The translations under genes were made by a program, and so were the position numbers. A stretch of 64,000 nt of DNA. Source: an uncultured Actinomycetota bacterium (GTDB taxonomy: Bacteria > Actinomycetota > Thermoleophilia > RBG-16-64-13). Positions 58,654 through 64,000 of this stretch are shown piece by piece. The notes beneath the pieces were generated by a model. The model did not search any database, was not told the DNA's origin, and was given only the letters and a program-made list of their open reading frames with translations. Positions within the stretch are counted from its first letter, which is position 1. Each line of letters begins with the position of its first letter. Location of the stretch: contig OY969565.1 of assembly GCA_963701105.1 (NCBI GenBank), positions 1,014,998 to 1,078,997 on the forward strand. Reading direction: 5' to 3'.

Positions 58654-59190
58654 TTAAAAGCGAACATCCGGATGAGGAATAATACGATCATAAATCAACC
58701 TGGCAGCAGCACCAGTACTGGCAACAGGTAAAATTAGCGATCCAGGATGTGATAGTTTAAACAAATCAAATTCTTTTTCTACTCCTTCCATTCCACCAAT
58801 AAAGATGCCTACCTTGAAGTCATTATCTTCAAACATTTTTTTTCTCATTGACATCAAACTACTTTCCAAATCATTTTTTTCCGGAATTATAACGATATCT
58901 TCAAAATCAAAATTATCATCTGGGAAATGTTCACGATAAAAATTAGATTGATATATAGTTAAGTGTTCTTTTAAACTTACGTCAAGATTATTCATGACAT
59001 ATCTGATCAGAGGTGTGATTGAAGGATGTCCACCCCGAATTAATTTTGCACGTGGAATTACTATACTTGCCAATGCTCTTATTGAATCTCTTATAGCAAT
59101 GATATCTGCAGTGTTATAATATTTTTTATCCCGCTTTGGATCAGGTATACTTGCAGATAAAAATATTTTATTTAAATATTCCTTAGCCAC
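58654..59190 (-). CDS. Stand-alone SLOG/LOG-like Rossmannoid nucleotide-binding protein
   Basis: 178 aa. KIFLSASIPDP, RGGHPSITPL and VGIFIGGMEGVEKEF (a GGxxGxxxE motif as in LOG/SLOG) are present, with LPVASTGAAA. There is a 19-nt overlap with the upstream TIR gene. The assignment is motif-based only. Confidence 0.55.
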   Translation of the reverse strand: MAKEYLNKIFLSASIPDPKRDKKYYNTADIIAIRDSIRALASIVIPRAKLIRGGHPSITPLIRYVMNNLDVSLKEHLTIYQSNFYREHFPDDNFDFEDIVIIPEKNDLESSLMSMRKKMFEDNDFKVGIFIGGMEGVEKEFDLFKLSHPGSLILPVASTGAAARLIYDRIIPHPDVRF

Positions 59191-60086
59191 TTCTCTCTTT
59201 CAAAAAATTTAATACTACGAACTGGTAAATATTTATCTAACCAATCAAGATGGTCCAACCATTTTTTTCGAATATTTATATGATCAAACAATAAAAAAAT
59301 CTCTTTTATTTTTTTTGATTTTATTTGGTTTACTAATTCTTCTGATTGGTTGTACGTAAAAGCTTGAGGAATTCCAATAGTCGGAATAATTAAAAATTGC
59401 TCCGTATTGTTTTTTTTAATAACTAGTAATTTATTTGCTTGAAGTGTGATCTTCACTTTGAGTTTTTTAGCTGAATTTATAAATTCATTTGTGATATTTG
59501 ATTGTCGAGCCATCAGACTTCTAGCTCTTAAAGATTCAACCTGAGAAATTAATTTCCTAAGAGTAGTTTCAGTGGGATAACTATCTTTATCAGAATACAA
59601 TTTATTACCAAAACTATTAATTATCAGTTTATATGGTATACTCAATTTTGCAAAGTCTTCAAGATTATGTTTAGGCCATACAATTTGAAGAATACCAATA
59701 GACATTGAATTTGCCTTAGCAAGTTCCTGTTTTGTCCAATTACTGTCTAAGAATCCTGGCGTATTAAGCAAAACAACAACATCAGTATCGGTTAGCCTAT
59801 GCCACAATTCTTCCTGAAATACGTCAGTTGGCCTAACGCTATGAGTATCTAAAAATACATCAAACCCCGAAGCTTCTAATTTTTCGAACAGTTGAATGGC
59901 AACTAATCTTGATTCATTTCTACGATAGCTAATAAATATTCTTCGAGCAATTCTAAGTAAACCAAAACCTTCCAAAATGGAACTAACTACGGATTCAAAA
60001 TTGACAGTTGTTTTTAACTCTATTCCATTAATCTCGTATAAGAGACTTGGTACAGAATTTCTAAAATCCTTTGAAATCATGAACAA
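59172..60086 (-). CDS. TIR domain protein with uncharacterised C-terminal domain of about 130 aa
   Basis: 304 aa. RIFISYRRNESRLVAIQLFEKLEASGFDVFLD...DVVVLLNTPGFLDSNWTKQELAKA is a canonical TIR. The start is TTG 60086 or ATG 60080. Confidence 0.8.
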   Translation of the reverse strand: MFMISKDFRNSVPSLLYEINGIELKTTVNFESVVSSILEGFGLLRIARRIFISYRRNESRLVAIQLFEKLEASGFDVFLDTHSVRPTDVFQEELWHRLTDTDVVVLLNTPGFLDSNWTKQELAKANSMSIGILQIVWPKHNLEDFAKLSIPYKLIINSFGNKLYSDKDSYPTETTLRKLISQVESLRARSLMARQSNITNEFINSAKKLKVKITLQANKLLVIKKNNTEQFLIIPTIGIPQAFTYNQSEELVNQIKSKKIKEIFLLFDHINIRKKWLDHLDWLDKYLPVRSIKFFEREKWLRNI

Positions 60087-60321
60087 CAGGGAGTACTAAT
60101 ACAGAATCATTTAGTAGCATTCTCAAACTAATAATATCATTATGTATTCCTGCATTTTTGCCAAAATATAAACAGAATGAAGGCCGGTTTTTTTTATAAT
60201 AATTATTGATATTATTTCTATCAAGAACAATTATGGAATTTTTATCAATCTCTAATTCATTAATATGTTTAAAAAAAACTTTTAGTAATTCAGATCGAAA
60301 GGGAATATAATCTCCCAACAA
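60061..60321 (-). CDS. Hypothetical 86-aa ORF, possibly the frame-shifted N-terminus of the TIR protein
   Basis: Only a TTG start is available, with no obvious SD. It overlaps the 59172-60086 ORF by 26 nt in the +1 relation. Confidence 0.3.
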   Translation of the reverse strand: MLGDYIPFRSELLKVFFKHINELEIDKNSIIVLDRNNINNYYKKNRPSFCLYFGKNAGIHNDIISLRMLLNDSVLVLPVVHDFKGF

Positions 60322-60362
60322 AAATTAATTGATACTTATATATCATATAATATTCATTAGTG

Positions 60363-60956
60363 TTATTGCCATAACCATTGCTTCAATGGAGTAATATATC
60401 TTATTCCTTCTTTATTTCTGGGTTTACAAAAATAGTACCCTGGAGCAATCAATTCATTTGTACTCACGAATTTATTATTTCCGTTTTCATAATCAATACT
60501 TGGATAGATTTGAAGATATTCATTACCTTTATAATAAGAATCTAGACTATCTTGATCCTTAATTGGTAGAATTGCTATATGGTTTGGAAATTTGTATGTA
60601 TCTCCAATTCCTAATTCCCAGTTACACCAATATGACTCAATAGCATTGTTAGTAGCAATAAAAATAAATTTATTACAAAAGTCGATAACTTCTTTTATTC
60701 TTAATGCCGTATCGCTTGAAGCCTGAGATGGTAATTTATTATCCATAATATCTATATATGTATTTACACCTATTTTTTTTAACAAACCAATTATACCTCT
60801 GAGTTCATTAACATCATCATGATTGTGAGATAAAAAAACTGCCGGAATATAAGACGACTCATATCTAGAACTAAATTTTTGAGAGGCTTTCAGTGATTCG
60901 TTAATGAATGATTCCGTAACTCTATTGTCATCAAAATGCCCACGTTCAAAAATCAT
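60363..60956 (-). CDS. TIR domain protein (first gene of the array)
   Basis: 197 aa. PAVFLSHNHDDVNELRGIIGLLKKIGVNTYID...FIFIATNNAIESYWCNWELG is the bacterial TIR_2-type pattern. Confidence 0.8.
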   Translation of the reverse strand: MIFERGHFDDNRVTESFINESLKASQKFSSRYESSYIPAVFLSHNHDDVNELRGIIGLLKKIGVNTYIDIMDNKLPSQASSDTALRIKEVIDFCNKFIFIATNNAIESYWCNWELGIGDTYKFPNHIAILPIKDQDSLDSYYKGNEYLQIYPSIDYENGNNKFVSTNELIAPGYYFCKPRNKEGIRYITPLKQWLWQ

Positions 60957-61205
60957 GTGATATTAATTTTTTTTATGAAAAACAAAAATGTATTTGGATG
61001 TAAAGTTTTTTAATTTCGCGGGACCCTTGAGAAAGCACATCAGCAATAATACCCCGTGAAAGCGCCCGGGCAGCAACCTCCGGGAGGTTACTCATCATAA
61101 TTTCAATCACCGGCTAAAATACTCCAAATAAAGTAAACAGGCAATAAGAAAATTCAAAAGTAATAAAGGAATTAGGAAGCTGGATTGATGAGAAGAATAC
61201 ATAAC

Positions 61206-61980
61206 TTATGGGTTACTCAGTTCACTTACAAAATCAATCCGATGTTCCTCTTTTTTCAGTAACATTGCTGCCTGTTGTTTTAGTATATCTTTTATCTCAG
61301 TGTATTTAAGGGAATTCTCTGCAAACCGCATCATATCATAACTGCCGTAAAATGATTCCCAGTTATCCGGAAATATTACAATTTGTATAACACGCGGTGC
61401 CCCGATCCTTGGCTGAAAACCTTCGATTGGATAAGGATAATTTATCTCTTTCAGAAGTGCTATGTATTTTTTTTGTAAAGTATTAAAATTTTTTTCATAC
61501 GCCGGTTTAATAGTATAATCTGTAACCAATGCCTTTGGATTGGTGGTTGTATTCATAGATTTCACGGAGCCTAAAAAATTATCCTGCTGTAAAACCATAT
61601 CTCTTACAATCTCAAAATCAGTTTCCAGCAGAAGGTTTATTGCCTCCTTATAAGATTGTTCGAATTTCGTTTGATTCAATAAATTATAAAATTCAGATTT
61701 ATCCGGAATGTCTTCTAAACTATCGGCAAAAAGTATAAGCCAGTAATTAAATGAATTTTCACGATAAACCAGCCAGAAAAAATTATCCTGGTGTGAGGTT
61801 TTATAAATTTCGGTTATCGATCTTAACAGCTTTTTCCCATCGGCTTGTATCGGCAGGATTTACTTTAAATACTGTTTCCCTTATATAAATATCAAGGTTA
61901 TCTTTCTGAGTCTCATTCTGCGCCCGGCATTGAATTGCCTGCACAAAAAATATAATGAAAATGAGTAAACAGCTTTTCAA
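61206..61980 (-). pseudogene. Secreted hypothetical protein with one +1 frame shift
   Basis: TTG 61980 is preceded by AAGGAG and opens a 59-codon signal-peptide ORF (KSCLLIFIIFFVQAIQC...), which stops at 61801. The +1 frame is open from about 61860 and runs into the 157-aa track ORF (61206-61679). The likely slip lies at the T5/A5 run 61831-61835. Confidence 0.55.
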
Positions 61981-62089
61981 AGATTGTTCTCCTTATAACA
62001 TGTTAAAGTCTATTGCTTAAAAACTCAGGTTTAGTAGTAACGTATAATAAATTTATTACTTAGTTCACAGGATACATTTCATTTAAATG

Positions 62090-62635
62090 TTATCTCAGTT
62101 TACCGATCTGAATACTTAGAGTAACTCCCTCAAATGTTTTTTCAGGATTTATATCTGCAAAAAAATACAAACCGAGCCCGAGCGGGTTTACAGGATGCCA
62201 GAATAATTCTGCCTCCAGTGGTAATCCTATTGTAGGACCAATACTTTTATTTTTTTCATTACTGAACAATCCTGCATACTTAGTTCCCGACATCACCGCA
62301 AGTCCTGCTCCGATTGATGTAAACAATGCAGAGGAAGTCAAAGTGTATCCGTACAGCAGCCCGTAATCATTAAGCGTCCTGTCAAACAAAACTCCGACTG
62401 AAGTCAGCCTGAAAGAAAAAAGATTAAGATTATGCCGGTATGTAAAATTGAGATTGAAAGCGAGAGGCAGACTGTTGTCATCTGTCTTTGCTCCTATTCC
62501 CGTACCCAGAGTACCCCAAAAGAAATCTGCATTGGCTGATTCTTCTTCTTTTTTCTGTGAGTAAGTGAAACTGAGCGAGGATAGTAAATACAGCAGTACA
62601 AATAAAGTAACACCCTTACTATTTAACAGTTGCAT
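62090..62635 (-). CDS. Putative outer-membrane beta-barrel protein
   Basis: 181 aa with a signal peptide, alternating hydrophobic beta-strand pattern and a C-terminal aromatic-rich strand (GVTLSIQIGKLR). AGGAGG lies upstream. Confidence 0.5.
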   Translation of the reverse strand: MQLLNSKGVTLFVLLYLLSSLSFTYSQKKEEESANADFFWGTLGTGIGAKTDDNSLPLAFNLNFTYRHNLNLFSFRLTSVGVLFDRTLNDYGLLYGYTLTSSALFTSIGAGLAVMSGTKYAGLFSNEKNKSIGPTIGLPLEAELFWHPVNPLGLGLYFFADINPEKTFEGVTLSIQIGKLR

Positions 62636-62913
62636 ATGACCTCCTTAAATTATCTTTATCCGAATAAGATATAAAAGGGATTTTACAGGATTTTTTGACG
62701 AACCCTTAGAAATACATTATCAACTATTCCCCGTAAAAGCTTTACACTGTTTAGTATTTTTCTGTACTAATAATAATTCAATTAATTTATTTAGGCAAAG
62801 AGATTCTAACTGAATTAAAAGGATGAGACTGCCTCAAAGAATAGTTTATATAAAAACTAACCTGGTTTATATAGTAAAAATGATGACACAGCCTCATTCC
62901 TGATGAACTTAAA

Positions 62914-63210
62914 CTATTTTGTTACAGTGACAGTTTTAGGATATACTGTAACAATTCCGGTAACTATTCCAATAACAAAATCGACAAAGCTATGCTGGGT
63001 TACAATTGTATAATTATCTGCTCCTCCAGCCATTGCCTTTGCATCAACAGTTGAAAGTGGAACCAGTCCCCACAAAATATACCACTGTTTTGCACTCATT
63101 TCTGTATTGCTTTGCGCTCCATTGCCAACAATAAATTTTTGGGTGAAACACCCGGCAGAAGAGAAGGCAAACATACCCAGGATTAATAGGGTAAGAATTT
63201 TTTTCTTCAT
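62914..63210 (-). CDS. Bor/Iss-family lipoprotein
   Basis: 98 aa with a lipobox (FSSAGC). KQWYILWGLVPL...VDAKAMAGGADNYTIVTQHSFVDFVI...VTVT follows the Bor family pattern. Confidence 0.65.
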   Translation of the reverse strand: MKKKILTLLILGMFAFSSAGCFTQKFIVGNGAQSNTEMSAKQWYILWGLVPLSTVDAKAMAGGADNYTIVTQHSFVDFVIGIVTGIVTVYPKTVTVTK

Positions 63211-63223
63211 TTGTGCAACCTTT

Positions 63224-63841
63224 CTATAGTTTATGATTAGTTAGTTTAATTGAACCGATAGATGATTCAATCGATTTTACTTCATTTGGATAACTGTTTT
63301 TAAGAGTGGAATAATCAAATTCAATTATCTGGTTCACATCATTAATAATTAAAATCTTAAATGTTATTACTTCATTGTCGGTAATTAAAAACTGGGTGAC
63401 CGGTATATCGTCTTTTAAATAATCTGCTCTCTTTAAGCTGGTCTTACCATATTTTTTCAGCAATTCTTTTTCAAGATTATTGATGACATTATTCAGGGAA
63501 TCCGCATTTACCTTTATTGCAGTAACGTTAAGTATACTTCCACTGCTGCTGTCTGAAAATACTTTTAACGGAATAATTTTTATTTCTTCAGCGACCGGCT
63601 GATCCTTCATCAAATAACTCAACGAATCAAATAAACTTCCTGATATTGCTCCCCAGTTAACAGGAGGATTAAAAGAAATATTATATTCATTTAAATCAAT
63701 TTTATCTGCAATTAAATTCTGATCGATGTTAAACTTCAACTCTTCTTTGGAGGCAGGTGAATCATTTTTATCTGAGCAGGAATAGATGGACAGGACAAAT
63801 AGAATTGAAATACAAATATGATATAATTTGTTTTTATTCAA
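63224..63841 (-). CDS. Hypothetical lipoprotein
   Basis: 205 aa with a signal peptide and lipobox-like LSIYSCSD. No family recognised. Confidence 0.45.
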   Translation of the reverse strand: MNKNKLYHICISILFVLSIYSCSDKNDSPASKEELKFNIDQNLIADKIDLNEYNISFNPPVNWGAISGSLFDSLSYLMKDQPVAEEIKIIPLKVFSDSSSGSILNVTAIKVNADSLNNVINNLEKELLKKYGKTSLKRADYLKDDIPVTQFLITDNEVITFKILIINDVNQIIEFDYSTLKNSYPNEVKSIESSIGSIKLTNHKL

Positions 63842-64000
63842 TAGTTTAGAGGATAAAATATTTATACGTTGTTTAATAAAGATAACTTCTATTCTAAAGA
63901 AATAATTTCATAAAATATTTCTGTTTGTCACTTTAAATCGTTTGAATTATGGATTATTTAAGATAAGCAATCCCAAACTCAAAAAAAAATTATGCTTCCA

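Noticed and set aside
55900-61000. TIR island as part of a prophage, integrative element or transposon
   Set aside because: No integrase, recombinase, transposase, phage structural gene, tRNA attachment site or terminal inverted or direct repeats were found in or next to it.

Overview
AT-rich bacterial chromosome segment. Gene content suggests an FCB-group or Ignavibacteria-like organism, which I cannot verify here. No rRNA, tRNA, CRISPR array, transposase or integrase was recognised.

- **1-17.6 kb: housekeeping genes.** typA (partial), clpS, etfBA, pyrF, dcd, the rod-shape cluster mreBCD-mrdA-rodA, purHN and pyrG.
- **18-26.7 kb: aerobic respiration.** A type-II NADH dehydrogenase gene is followed by a compact module of caa3-type cytochrome c oxidase, ctaG, Rieske protein and a cytochrome b/c fusion. 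The module is bracketed by about 0.7 kb imperfect direct repeats made of the 3' end of ndh plus a small downstream ORF.
- **26.8-37.5 kb: accessory genes.** YceI, SCO1, an APC permease, DUF2911, a PQQ-propeller protein, DUF488, a zf-UBP protein and a repeat lipoprotein.
- **37.6-55.7 kb: stress and redox genes.** Pirin, a P3A-type H+-ATPase, an ArsR-controlled thiol-disulfide relay, OsmC, DUF302, a Crp/Fnr regulator, a tricorn-like protease, a SpoIIE phosphatase and DinB. An unusual number of these ORFs are broken, mostly by +1 frame shifts.
- **55.9-61 kb: the most interesting region.** This markedly AT-richer stretch carries four different TIR-fold genes, one stand-alone SLOG/LOG-like gene and a small multi-TM protein, in one tight minus-strand array. 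It looks Thoeris-like, but its architecture matches no Thoeris type that I know.
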